A stretch of DNA of 40,724 bases from Candidatus Sulfobium sp. (GTDB taxonomy: Bacteria; Nitrospirota; Thermodesulfovibrionia; Thermodesulfovibrionales; UBA6898), in contig JARRRI010000047.1 in the NCBI GenBank assembly GCA_037380845.1, forward strand, positions 1 through 40,724, in the 5' to 3' direction. The position numbers and the translations under genes were made by a program. Of the stretch, positions 19,826 to 28,682 are shown piece by piece; the stretch's first letter is position 1; the number at the start of each line of letters is the position of its first letter. Under the pieces are notes generated by a model that saw only the letters and a program-made list of their open reading frames with translations, had not been told where the DNA came from and did no database searches.

Positions 19826-20036
19826 GTCAGACGCCTGAAAAATCTCCGCTTGTCAGTCGCGAATTAAAGGGCCGGGAAACCCGGCTTACGTCGCGCCGGC
19901 TGCACGCATCAACACATGCATTAAGTATGCATTATTGATATGAAGCTATCAAGAGGGCGTTATTATTTGGGGGCCCTGGTAAGACGGGGCTCTTGACGCC
20001 TGTATGTGCTGCGGTTATCCCGATTCCGGCAATACC

Positions 20037-20291
20037 TTATTTCTGCCTGGCAACGCCGTTATAGACCCACGCGATGACGGCCCCGGCGACGGCTCCGTCC
20101 AGAAACCCCCATAGCGAGCCGATAATGCCGCCGAAAAAAGTCGGCCGGAACCCGATGTAGACGGAAGACATTGCCGCCACGAAGCCCGACCCCCATCCGA
20201 TCAGCCACGACGCCCAACCGATAAACAACATATACAGGCCCCAAAGTACTCCGCCAGCGACCATGAGTGCCTTGACGTTGAGTCTGTTCAT
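20037..20291 (-). CDS. small two-helix membrane protein (family often labelled 'bacteriophage holin')
   Basis: LNVKAL...YIGFRPTFFGGIIG..WGFLDG...AWVYN; ATG follows AGGAGG. Confidence 0.7.
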   Translation of the reverse strand: MNRLNVKALMVAGGVLWGLYMLFIGWASWLIGWGSGFVAAMSSVYIGFRPTFFGGIIGSLWGFLDGAVAGAVIAWVYNGVARQK

Positions 20292-20306
20292 TTTCAGCCT
20301 CCTTCT

Positions 20307-20386
20307 GCAGCAAGCTTTCAAGCGGGCAGGCCCGCGATGACTTCAAACGGCTTGAAGCTTGAAAGCCTGTAAGCCGGCCAGCCTGC
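20307..20386. repeat. degenerate 8-mer repeat arms in inverted orientation
   Basis: CAAGCTTT CAAGCGGG CAGGC ... GCTTGAAA GCCTGTAA GCCGGCCA GCCTGC; similar unit to the 26647-26750 array. Confidence 0.55.
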
Positions 20387-20388
20387 AG

Positions 20389-20802
20389 TTACATTTTTGC
20401 CTTCAGATGAGCACCCAGCCTCTTGTCCACCTTCGCGATATGGTCTAGTATCCAGTCCACCACGATGCGGTTTGTTTCCACGGATAGGTCGTAAGAACCG
20501 CGTTTCTTCCCGCCTTCGAGTTTCTCCAGTTCCTTCCTGAGTTCTGCAAACTCCCTCATAAAGTATTCATGCCGGGCCTTGTGACTCTTATATTCCGGAT
20601 AGTCGTGTTTCCGCATCAGTTCCTCTTCTTCGCCGAAGTGGACGACGATGTACTCTTCCAGGAACTTTATCACGTCTCCTATCTTGTACTTGCAGGCCTT
20701 CTGCCTGACGGAATCGACCAGGTCGTTTATCCTGCTGATCAGCTCTTTGTGCTGCTCGTCGATCTCTTCGATGCCGACAGAAAGGTCTTCAGTCCATTTC
20801 AT
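20389..20802 (-). CDS. bacteriohemerythrin
   Basis: WTEDLSVGIEEIDEQHKEL, HFGEEE, HKARH, WILDHIAKVD. Confidence 0.93.
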   Translation of the reverse strand: MKWTEDLSVGIEEIDEQHKELISRINDLVDSVRQKACKYKIGDVIKFLEEYIVVHFGEEEELMRKHDYPEYKSHKARHEYFMREFAELRKELEKLEGGKKRGSYDLSVETNRIVVDWILDHIAKVDKRLGAHLKAKM

Positions 20803-20892
20803 TCAAAGAGGCCTCATATGATTAGCGGCTCTTACTGACATTTTAACAATAATGATATAGCATCGTCATTGGCGGTGAGTGTCTCTTTTAAG

Positions 20893-20971
20893 TAACTCCC
20901 CCTTGCCCCCTCTTAACCCAAGAGGGGGTTATGTTCCTCCCCTTAAGGTAAGGGGAGGTCAGGAGGGGTTA
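20893..20971. repeat. REP-like double-hairpin element
   Basis: CCCCCTCTT-aaccc-AAGAGGGGG and CCTCCCCTTA-agg-TAAGGGGAGG, enclosed by an outer stem TAACTCCCC...GGAGGGGTTA. Confidence 0.75.
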
Positions 20972-21015
20972 TGTCTTTCTGCCGTTTCTTGATCTTTCCC
21001 GCCGCAGACGGAAGA

Positions 21016-21831
21016 TCAGCGACCATGCTTCCCGCCGGCAGCAGCTCCCGCATCCATGGCGCACCTGAAGCCCATATCGTCGTCCTTCCAGACCATATAC
21101 TCATGGCCGGGGTCGCCGGCACGCAAGCGTACAGGATCACTGTACCAGGACCCGCCCTTCAGCGTTGCGTTGTCCACCCATTCCCTCACGTTGCCGGCCA
21201 TATCCTCTGCTCCGTATGGCGAGGCGCCCCGGGGGAAGCTGCACGAAGGCGCAAGTTTACGGTATCCGTCTGCTCTTCCTCCCTCGTCCCAGTTGGCCCG
21301 CGTTCCGTCCCACTCATTGCCCCAGGGATATTTCCTTCCGTCCGTGCCCCTTGCCGCCTTTTCCCACTCTGAGGCCAGGGGCAGTCTCTTGCCCGCCCAT
21401 TCGCAGTAAATGCCCGCCTGCCGCCAGGTTATGCCCACGACCGGGTAGTCTGCCATTGCTTTGTCGGTGTACCACTGCTTGCCTTCTTCGTGTATCGTCT
21501 TTGCATAATCGGTTATCAGCGAAGGGTCCTTGCAGGCCCCGCCGGCGACGCACTTATGGTAGAGGGCGTTGGTCACCTCGCACCGGTCGATATAGAAGGC
21601 CTTGAGGTGGACCTTCCTGAGAGGGTTCCTGCCGCTTCCGGGCTCTCCCGGTGGAAGGCCCATTATGAAATCTCCTCCCGGCACCGGGACCATCTGCGCT
21701 CCGTCCCGGCCGGCAGTCACATTCTCCCGGGCATATACTGCAGCTAAAAACAGGAGCGGGAGGAAGAAGATGATGATCAGGACGGCACAGGGACCGGTGA
21801 TGCCGGAGACAATTTCTTTACGGACTTTCAT
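21016..21831 (-). CDS. FGE-sulfatase (SUMF1/EgtB/PvdO) domain protein, membrane-anchored or exported
   Basis: VPGGDFIMG, EVTN, GKRLP..SEWEKAARG, YPWG, DMAGNVREW, GFRC. Confidence 0.9.
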   Translation of the reverse strand: MKVRKEIVSGITGPCAVLIIIFFLPLLFLAAVYARENVTAGRDGAQMVPVPGGDFIMGLPPGEPGSGRNPLRKVHLKAFYIDRCEVTNALYHKCVAGGACKDPSLITDYAKTIHEEGKQWYTDKAMADYPVVGITWRQAGIYCEWAGKRLPLASEWEKAARGTDGRKYPWGNEWDGTRANWDEGGRADGYRKLAPSCSFPRGASPYGAEDMAGNVREWVDNATLKGGSWYSDPVRLRAGDPGHEYMVWKDDDMGFRCAMDAGAAAGGKHGR

Positions 21832-22054
21832 TGCTGCCTCCCGACACGGACAAAGCCCTCATGACAAACAAAGTATTTTCACTGCAGAGCGGTGAATGAT
21901 TGCAGTCTTCTCCTCCGGAAAACGTGAAACAGTCATCACGTTTATATTATAATATCAGTCTTATTCTGGAATTCTATCTTTTTTCCGGAATTAAAGACGG
22001 CCGGATGAGAGTCGATTACAATCTATATAATCTATTTGTCAGAAGGGGGACGTT

Positions 22055-25000
22055 ATGAGCAGAAAGATGATAACCGTCGACGGTTGTACGGCATGCGCCC
22101 ACGTGGTGCATGCGACCAACGAGATCATCACGATCTATCCTATCACACCTTCATCGCCGATCGCCGAGATCTGCGACGCCAAGTCGGCTGCGGGGAAGGA
22201 AAACATCTGGGGGTCGGTGCCGAAGATAAGCCAGATGCAGTCGGAGGCCGGAGTGGCCGGTGCCGTCCACGGCTCTCTTACCGCAGGCGCAGTAGCCACC
22301 ACCGTTTCCGCTTCCCAGGGGCTCCTCCTGATCGTGCCGAACATGTACAAGATCGCCGGTGAGCTTACACCCACCGTCTTCCACGTGACAGCCAGGTCGC
22401 TGGCATGCCAGGGCCTGTCGATATTCGGAGACCATTCGGACGTAATGGCGGTGAGGTCAACGGGATTTGCACTGCTCTGCTCCGAAAACGTCCAGCAGGC
22501 GATGGACTTTGCTCTTATCTCCCAGACCGCCGCGCTTGAGTCCAGGATACCCTTCGTCCACTTCTTCGACGGCTTCAGGACGTCCCATGAGATACAGAAG
22601 ATAGAGGAGCTTACTTACGACGATATGAAGGCCATGCTGGACAACGATCTCGTCATAGCCCACAGGAAGAGGGGACTCACTCCCGACCGTCCCTCGATCC
22701 GCGGCACGGCGCAGAACCCGGACGTCTATTTCCAGGGCAGAGAGACGGTCAACCGCTACTATAATGCGACGCCGGCGATAGTACAGAAGGCGATGGACAA
22801 GTTCGCGGGTATCGTAGGACGCCACTACCATCTCTTTGATTATTACGGGGCACCCGACGCAGACCGGGTCATCGTGGTCATGGGGTCGGCGGCCGAGACG
22901 GTCGAAAGCACAGTCGATGCCCTTAACGCAAAGGGAGAAAAGCTGGGACTCGTGACAGTGAGGCTCTTCAGGCCGTTCTCCATCGACGACTTCGTAAAGG
23001 CCCTGCCTGCCACGGTCAAGGGCATAGCGGTGCTTGACCGCACGAAGGAGCCCGGCTCTATAGGCGAACCTCTCTATCTCGACGTGAGGACCGCCGTGGG
23101 CGAGGCGATGGAAAAGAAGACGGCGGCCTTCAAGGAGTACCCGAAGATCGTGGGAGGTCGCTACGGGCTCGGGTCGAAGGACTTCACCCCCGCGATGGCA
23201 AAGGCGGTGTTTGACAACCTTTCAGAGCCGTCGCCTAAAAACCATTTTACGATCGGGATCGACGACGATATCGCCGGCACCAGCCTGAAGTACGACGATT
23301 CATTCCGTATCGAAGGCAAGGGTGTATTCCGCGCCCTGTTCTACGGCCTCGGATCGGACGGTACCGTCGGAGCGAACAAGAACACCATAAAGATAATCGG
23401 CACCGAAACCGACAACTACGCGCAGGGATACTTCGTGTATGATTCGAAGAAGTCGGGCGCGATTACCATATCCCACCTCAGGTTCGGTAAGGAGAAGATC
23501 CATAACCCCTATCTGGTGCCGCAGGCCAACTTCATCGCCTGCCACAATACCTCGTTCCTCGAAAAATACGACATGCTTTCCAAGGCGGAGCAGGGGGGCA
23601 CTTTCCTTCTGACTACTCTGCACAACAAGGACGAGGTGTGGGACACTCTGCCGGCAGAGGTGCAGGAGCAGCTTATCTCGAAGAAGATGAAGTTCTACAT
23701 CATTGATGCGGTCTCCCTTGCCGAGGAGATCGGGCTGGGGACGAGAATAAACATGATCATGCAGACAGCCTTTTTCGTGATCGCCGGAATAATTCCGAAA
23801 GAAGAAGCGATCAAGTCGATCAAGGAGCAGATCAAGAAGACCTATATGAAAAAGGGCGAGCAGATCGTCCAGATGAACTACGCTGCGGTGGACAAGGCCC
23901 TTCAGAACATAGTCGAAGTGCCTGTCCCCGGCAAGGTCACAAGCACGCACAGGATGAGGCCCGCGGTCCCCGACGAAGCCCCGGAGTTCGTCAAGAGTGT
24001 GACGGCGAAGATGATAGCCGGGAATGGGGATTCCCTGCCGGTTTCGGCAATGCCCGAAGACGGCACCTGGCCTACCGGTACGACCCAGTATGAAAAGAGG
24101 AACATCGGCATCCATATCCCGGTATGGGAGCCTGACGTCTGCATCCAGTGCGGGCAGTGTTCCTTTGTCTGTCCGCATGCGACTATCAGGCTGAAGGCCT
24201 ATGATCCTTCCCGCCTGGGCAAGGCCCCGAAGACCTTCAAATCGACAGATGCCAAGGGGAAGGACCTGGAGGGCCTCAAATTTACCGTCCAGGTGGCACC
24301 GGAAGACTGCACGGGCTGCGGCTCCTGCGTCTACGTATGCCCCGGCTCCAAAAAGGACGCTGACGGCAACAAGATACCGGGCTTCAAGGCAATTAACATG
24401 CACCTGCAGGAGCCGTTGAGGGAGGCGGAGGTCGAGAACTACAGGTTCTTCCAGTCGCTGCCGGAGACGGACCCTTCCCGGTTCAACGTGATGACGATAA
24501 AGGGGAGCCAGCTTGTGAAGCCCCTGTTCGAGTACAGCGGCGCGTGCGCCGGATGCGGTGAGACGCCTTACATCAAGCTGCTCAGCCAGCTCTTCGGCGA
24601 CCGCCTGATGGTTGCAAATGCAACGGGCTGCAGCTCCATCTACGGCGGCAACCTGCCCACTACGCCCTATACGACCCGTGCAGACGGCAGAGGACCCTCA
24701 TGGTCCAACTCCCTGTTCGAGGACAACGCCGAGTTCGGTTTCGGCATGAGGCAGACGGTGGACAAGTTCAATGCCCAGGCGCTGGAACTGCTCGACAAAC
24801 TCGCGTCGATGCCGGCATATTCGGGTTCCAGGGGGCTTCTCGCTAACATAAAGAACGCCGACCAGTCGACCCAGAAGGGGGTCGAAGAGCAGAGGGGGCG
24901 GGTTGAAGAACTGAAGAAGCTCATCGCAGAAGACAGCTCATTCGAGGCGAAGAGCCTTCTTTCGCTCGCCGACTACCTGGTCAAAAAATCCGTATGGTGC

Positions 25001-25852
25001 ATCGGCGGTGACGGCTGGGCCTATGACATAGGATACGGCGGGCTCGACCATGTCCTGGCCTCCGGTGAAAACGTCAATATAATGGTGCTCGATACGGAAG
25101 TTTACTCAAACACGGGAGGACAGATGTCCAAATCCACCCCCCTTGCGGCGATGGCCCAGTTCGCAGCGGGAGGGAAGCGGACCCCTAAGAAGAGCATGGG
25201 CGCGATCATGACCACCTATGGGAACGTCTATGTCGCCCAGATCGCCTTCGGCGCCAACCAGGCCCAGGCGGTCAAGGCGATAGCGGAGGCCGAGGCATAC
25301 AACGGCCCTTCGCTGGTGATCTGCTATGCGACCTGCATCGCACAGGGCATAAACATGGGCAAGGGCGTTGACGAACAGAAGAAGGCGGTGGCCTGCGGCC
25401 ACTGGCCGCTCTTCCGCTATAACCCGGATCTCGAGGCACAGGGCAAGAGCCCTCTCACCATCGACAGCAAGGAACCGACGATTTCCTTCGAGGAATATGC
25501 CTACAAGGAGAACCGGTACCGTGCGCTTAGACAGAGCAATCCCGAACTGGCGGCGGCGCTCATGAAGCAGGCGGAGGAGAACACGAAGAGGAGGTGGAAA
25601 TACCTCAAACACCTCGCCGCCTGGAAGCTGGAGCCCTTTTTGCATAGACCCTCTCTCAAGAAGAAACCACCGTTGTCATTCCCGAGTCAGCAGTCGGGAA
25701 TCCATTGTCTTCGAAAACAAAAGGCAAAGCGGGTCCAGAATGGATGCCCGACTACGGACTTCGGGCATGACGAAAAAAGCAGAAGAAGCCTGTCATGGAT
25801 TTTCAATAGTTCATATGTGAGGCATGACTGCAATAATTTACATACATATTGA
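22055..25852 (+). CDS. nifJ: pyruvate:ferredoxin (flavodoxin) oxidoreductase, single-chain, with an anomalous C-terminal extension
   Basis: YPITPS, QSEAG, ASQGL, FDGFRTSHE, GSDGTVGA, two ferredoxin motifs (CIQCGQC..CP, CTGCGSC..CP), GACAGCGE, GGDGWAYD. Confidence 0.95.
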   Translation: MSRKMITVDGCTACAHVVHATNEIITIYPITPSSPIAEICDAKSAAGKENIWGSVPKISQMQSEAGVAGAVHGSLTAGAVATTVSASQGLLLIVPNMYKIAGELTPTVFHVTARSLACQGLSIFGDHSDVMAVRSTGFALLCSENVQQAMDFALISQTAALESRIPFVHFFDGFRTSHEIQKIEELTYDDMKAMLDNDLVIAHRKRGLTPDRPSIRGTAQNPDVYFQGRETVNRYYNATPAIVQKAMDKFAGIVGRHYHLFDYYGAPDADRVIVVMGSAAETVESTVDALNAKGEKLGLVTVRLFRPFSIDDFVKALPATVKGIAVLDRTKEPGSIGEPLYLDVRTAVGEAMEKKTAAFKEYPKIVGGRYGLGSKDFTPAMAKAVFDNLSEPSPKNHFTIGIDDDIAGTSLKYDDSFRIEGKGVFRALFYGLGSDGTVGANKNTIKIIGTETDNYAQGYFVYDSKKSGAITISHLRFGKEKIHNPYLVPQANFIACHNTSFLEKYDMLSKAEQGGTFLLTTLHNKDEVWDTLPAEVQEQLISKKMKFYIIDAVSLAEEIGLGTRINMIMQTAFFVIAGIIPKEEAIKSIKEQIKKTYMKKGEQIVQMNYAAVDKALQNIVEVPVPGKVTSTHRMRPAVPDEAPEFVKSVTAKMIAGNGDSLPVSAMPEDGTWPTGTTQYEKRNIGIHIPVWEPDVCIQCGQCSFVCPHATIRLKAYDPSRLGKAPKTFKSTDAKGKDLEGLKFTVQVAPEDCTGCGSCVYVCPGSKKDADGNKIPGFKAINMHLQEPLREAEVENYRFFQSLPETDPSRFNVMTIKGSQLVKPLFEYSGACAGCGETPYIKLLSQLFGDRLMVANATGCSSIYGGNLPTTPYTTRADGRGPSWSNSLFEDNAEFGFGMRQTVDKFNAQALELLDKLASMPAYSGSRGLLANIKNADQSTQKGVEEQRGRVEELKKLIAEDSSFEAKSLLSLADYLVKKSVWCIGGDGWAYDIGYGGLDHVLASGENVNIMVLDTEVYSNTGGQMSKSTPLAAMAQFAAGGKRTPKKSMGAIMTTYGNVYVAQIAFGANQAQAVKAIAEAEAYNGPSLVICYATCIAQGINMGKGVDEQKKAVACGHWPLFRYNPDLEAQGKSPLTIDSKEPTISFEEYAYKENRYRALRQSNPELAAALMKQAEENTKRRWKYLKHLAAWKLEPFLHRPSLKKKPPLSFPSQQSGIHCLRKQKAKRVQNGCPTTDFGHDEKSRRSLSWIFNSSYVRHDCNNLHTY
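25675..25771 (+). repeat. REP-like element GTCATTCCCG..CGGGAATCCA..TGGATGCCCG..CGGGCATGAC, copy 1
   Basis: Two GC hairpins inside GTCA/TGAC ends; the same architecture recurs at 27558, 29319 (half copy) and 31659. Confidence 0.85.
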
Positions 25853-25877
25853 CAAAGCCCGGGCGCGGGCATATAGT
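25849..25877 (+). promoter_or_regulatory. near-consensus sigma70 promoter with no credible downstream CDS
   Basis: TTGACA (25849-25854), 17 nt, TATAGT (25872-25877). Confidence 0.7.
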
Positions 25878-25883
25878 GGAATT

Positions 25884-25989
25884 AAAGACGGAGTTTGCAA
25901 TACCCTTGGCCGGGTTCTTACCAGAGAACAGGGACACTGGGCCAGGGGGCTCGGGCAGGCGTCAGAGCGACTGCCCGAGCTCCCCTTTT
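25884..25989 (+). ncRNA. candidate small RNA (about 105 nt)
   Basis: Lies between the promoter at 25849 and a strong hairpin GGGGGCTCGGGCAG...CTGCCCGAGCTCCCC-TTTT; contains an upstream stem CCCTTGGCC/GGCCAGGG enclosing GTTCT/AGAAC. Confidence 0.45.
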
Positions 25990-26042
25990 AAAAAAACAAG
26001 CTTCGTGCTTACCGGGACCGGGGTATTGCAGCTTACACGCCT

Positions 26043-26612
26043 TTAAATGAATTTGACCACCGGCCCTTTCTTGGCAGGCGGCTCCGGGTACACCTTGGGA
26101 TATCCCAGGATTATAGGTCCGTAAATTTTTTCGTCGTCCTTCAGCTCAAGGGCCTTCACTACCCCGGCATCTTCCGTTACCATCGATCCGAAGCCCACCC
26201 AGCAGCTTCCTATCCCGAGAGAATATGCGGCCAGCATGATATTTTCGCAGGCCAGAGGGCAGGAATTGTCCGCATACCTGCCGGAACCTATCACGAAAAG
26301 GACGGTGGGCGCGGAATAGTAAACAGGGTCTTCCATTTCTTCATAGCGCTTCTTGATCTGGGCGTACCTTTCCGGGTCGATTTCCTTCACATTTTCGAGT
26401 ATGCCCATCGCCTTCGGCCGGGCGGCGTTCAGCAGCTTCCGCTTCACGTCCTGGTCCTCGACGACGACGAACCGCCAGGGCTGGCTGTTCATAGCCGAGG
26501 GGGCCTGATTCCCCGCCTCTATGATTGTCTGTAAAACGTCCCTCGGGACCGGCTTCGTTTCATAGGACCTCACCGACCTTCTCTTCGCTATCGCTTCAAT
26601 GACAGGATTCAT
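26043..26612 (-). CDS. nitroreductase family protein
   Basis: RRSVRSY, APSAMNSQPWRFVV, ENIMLAAYSLGIGSCW, LGYP. Confidence 0.92.
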   Translation of the reverse strand: MNPVIEAIAKRRSVRSYETKPVPRDVLQTIIEAGNQAPSAMNSQPWRFVVVEDQDVKRKLLNAARPKAMGILENVKEIDPERYAQIKKRYEEMEDPVYYSAPTVLFVIGSGRYADNSCPLACENIMLAAYSLGIGSCWVGFGSMVTEDAGVVKALELKDDEKIYGPIILGYPKVYPEPPAKKGPVVKFI

Positions 26613-26646
26613 TTCGACCTCCTTGAGAAGTTCTTTCCTGCACTTT

Positions 26647-26750
26647 GCTTGTCAGCTTGCCAGCTTGTCAGCTTGCCAGCCTGCCAGCTTGTTAGTTTGT
26701 CAGCCTGTTAGCTTGCCAGCTTGTTAGCTTATCAGCTTGTCAGCTTGCCT
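26647..26750. repeat. tandem array of 13 degenerate octamers (consensus GCTTGYYA)
   Basis: GCTTGTCA GCTTGCCA GCTTGTCA GCTTGCCA GCCTGCCA GCTTGTTA GTTTGTCA GCCTGTTA GCTTGCCA GCTTGTTA GCTTATCA GCTTGTCA GCTTGCCT. Confidence 0.95.
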
Positions 26751-26862
26751 GATAGACTTCAGGCTACATTTTACCTCAGGGGAGGGGAGTTATCAAAATC
26801 GATGACGGATCACCCTTTCGGGCCGTATCGAATATAATGATATTTGAGGGAGATGGGGATTG

Positions 26863-27309
26863 ATGGCCGAAGGTACAGTGCTTCTCAGATGCCATAGCTG
26901 CGGGACGGTAAACCGCATACCCGTTTCGAAGCTCGGGGCGCAGCCGAAATGCGGGAAGTGCAGGTCTGTCCTGGATTTTCCGGTGAAACCGGTCGAAGTT
27001 ACTGCGTCCAATTTCGACCGGGAGGTCCTGGACCATCCCGGGGCGGCCCTGATTTTTTTCTGGGCGCCCTGGTGCGCCCACTGCCGCGCAATGATCCCGC
27101 TGATGGAAGAGGTTGCCCGGGAGAAGGCAGGGATGATAAAAGTCGGGATGATAAACAGCGAAAAGGAACCCGCTCTTGCGAGGCGGTTTGAGGTGATGTC
27201 CGTACCCAGGCTGATACTCTATCGTTACGGCAAGAAGCTGAACGAACTCAATGGAGAAGTGCGAAAAGGCCAGCTCGAAGAGTGGATAGTACATTCCCTC
27301 GGCAGATAG
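26863..27309 (+). CDS. TrxC-type thioredoxin with an N-terminal Zn finger
   Basis: CHSCGTVNR...CGKC zinc module; WAPWCAHC active site; SVP cis-Pro loop. Confidence 0.9.
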   Translation: MAEGTVLLRCHSCGTVNRIPVSKLGAQPKCGKCRSVLDFPVKPVEVTASNFDREVLDHPGAALIFFWAPWCAHCRAMIPLMEEVAREKAGMIKVGMINSEKEPALARRFEVMSVPRLILYRYGKKLNELNGEVRKGQLEEWIVHSLGR

Positions 27310-27557
27310 CCCCGTTGCAAAACAGCCCGGCAGGAAAGCCGAAAAAGTCTCGTAATGACGACATGATCTTATCTTTTACATGAATGCCGGCGTAACCCTG
27401 TGACTTGCAAAAAATGGCTGTCTGGCCCCTTTTGGGACAGTAAGTGCGGCTGCAAGACATTTTTCACCGCCCCCTGACGGGCTTCGGGGATGTTTTAAAA
27501 TGTTTCAGCCACGGATTAACGCGGAATCTTGCCTTCCAGGTCATAGTCCCTTCTTCC

Positions 27558-27634
27558 GTCATGCCCGAGGACTTCAGTCGGGCATCCAATCTGCCTGAAG
27601 AACCTGGATTCCCGATTACTACCTCGGGAATGAC
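27558..27634 (-). repeat. REP-like element, copy 2 (inverted)
   Basis: GTCATGCCCG..CGGGCATCCA..TGGATTCCCG..CGGGAATGAC. Confidence 0.85.
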
Positions 27635-27723
27635 GAATGTGAAGTGCAGGCCTTTTCGACATAAAAGGGTTTGAGGGATACTCTCTTTGCCTGCACTCAA
27701 CAGCAGTACAGAAAGTCATTCCT

Positions 27724-28566
27724 TTAACCCTCGTCAAGACGCTGAATGTCCGGGTCCTCATTCTCCGGCAGGATAAAGGTGTCCTCTTCTTCATCCCGGA
27801 CGGCCTGGCCCCTGTCGCCCAGCTCCCGGTATATGAAAGGTCTCGTCGAGGAAGGCAGCTTCGGGTCCGAATAGAGGTCTCTCAGGTCGGGGCTCTTCAT
27901 TCCCTTGATGAACTTCGCCACGTATGTCATGGGCGTATGGAAGTTGCGTATAAGCCCGAACCTGATAAAGTACCTCGAAGACCACTTCTTGTGTTCCGCT
28001 GTCATCCGTATGAAAACTGGCTTTGCGGATGCCCTGTTGAGCAGTTTATAGAGCATCCCTTCCGTCAGAAAGGGGCTGTCAAGACAGGCCGCGACGACTC
28101 CTGCATCGCCGCTTTCCAGCAGGAGGGCCAGGATGTTGCCATTGGCCCTTCTGGCGAGGGCCTTCCTGATTCCGGAAGGCATGGAAGACATCCTCTCGGC
28201 CATCATGTATTCTATCTTCCGGCGCACGTTGATGTTGACCTGCTGGTCCTTTGCCAGGTCCGCAAGATCGAAGACCCGAAGGAACTTCAAAAGAGAAAGG
28301 ACGACTTTCTGGGGAGTTCCGGGGTTCCTGCACAATGCGGACTTCAGCTTATAGCTGCCTCTGAATCTTGTATCGGCGGCGAGAAAAGCAAGTATTTCGA
28401 AGTGCACATCCCTGCGTTTGGCGAGGAAGAGCGCCATGTCCTCGGAAAAATTCCTGTTGTGCACCGCCCTCGTCAGGACTTCGGGATGCGGGTCCCTCAA
28501 CAATGCCCACAGCTCCTCCGCTTCGGCCCTGGCCGCCCTTCTTGTCCTTTCGCCGGGAGAGTCCAT
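27724..28566 (-). CDS. helical-repeat (leucine-rich-variant/HEAT-like) hypothetical protein
   Basis: 280-aa ORF with recurring RNP.TP / RNF.TP and A.L..P units; promoter TTGTCA-17-TAAACT immediately upstream. Confidence 0.75.
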   Translation of the reverse strand: MDSPGERTRRAARAEAEELWALLRDPHPEVLTRAVHNRNFSEDMALFLAKRRDVHFEILAFLAADTRFRGSYKLKSALCRNPGTPQKVVLSLLKFLRVFDLADLAKDQQVNINVRRKIEYMMAERMSSMPSGIRKALARRANGNILALLLESGDAGVVAACLDSPFLTEGMLYKLLNRASAKPVFIRMTAEHKKWSSRYFIRFGLIRNFHTPMTYVAKFIKGMKSPDLRDLYSDPKLPSSTRPFIYRELGDRGQAVRDEEEDTFILPENEDPDIQRLDEG

Positions 28567-28682
28567 GACTGTAGTTTAACCGGAAGGGACGGAATTGACA
28601 AAGGTCTCCCTTGTCATCGGGAGCGATTAGCACTATCATGTAAATAAGCCTGAAAAGGCGACCAAAAAAAGAGGAGGTAAAG

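Noticed and set aside
20037..20291. Prophage, suggested by the holin-like label
   Set aside because: No endolysin, structural or integrase genes nearby.
454..25645. Long antisense or alternate-frame ORFs in the track (e.g. 6064-7671, 14070-15137, 23300-24403, 4418-5491)
   Set aside because: Shadows of well-supported genes in GC-rich DNA, with no recognisable motifs.
26647..26750. CRISPR array
   Set aside because: 8-nt units with no unique spacers, and no cas genes in the window.
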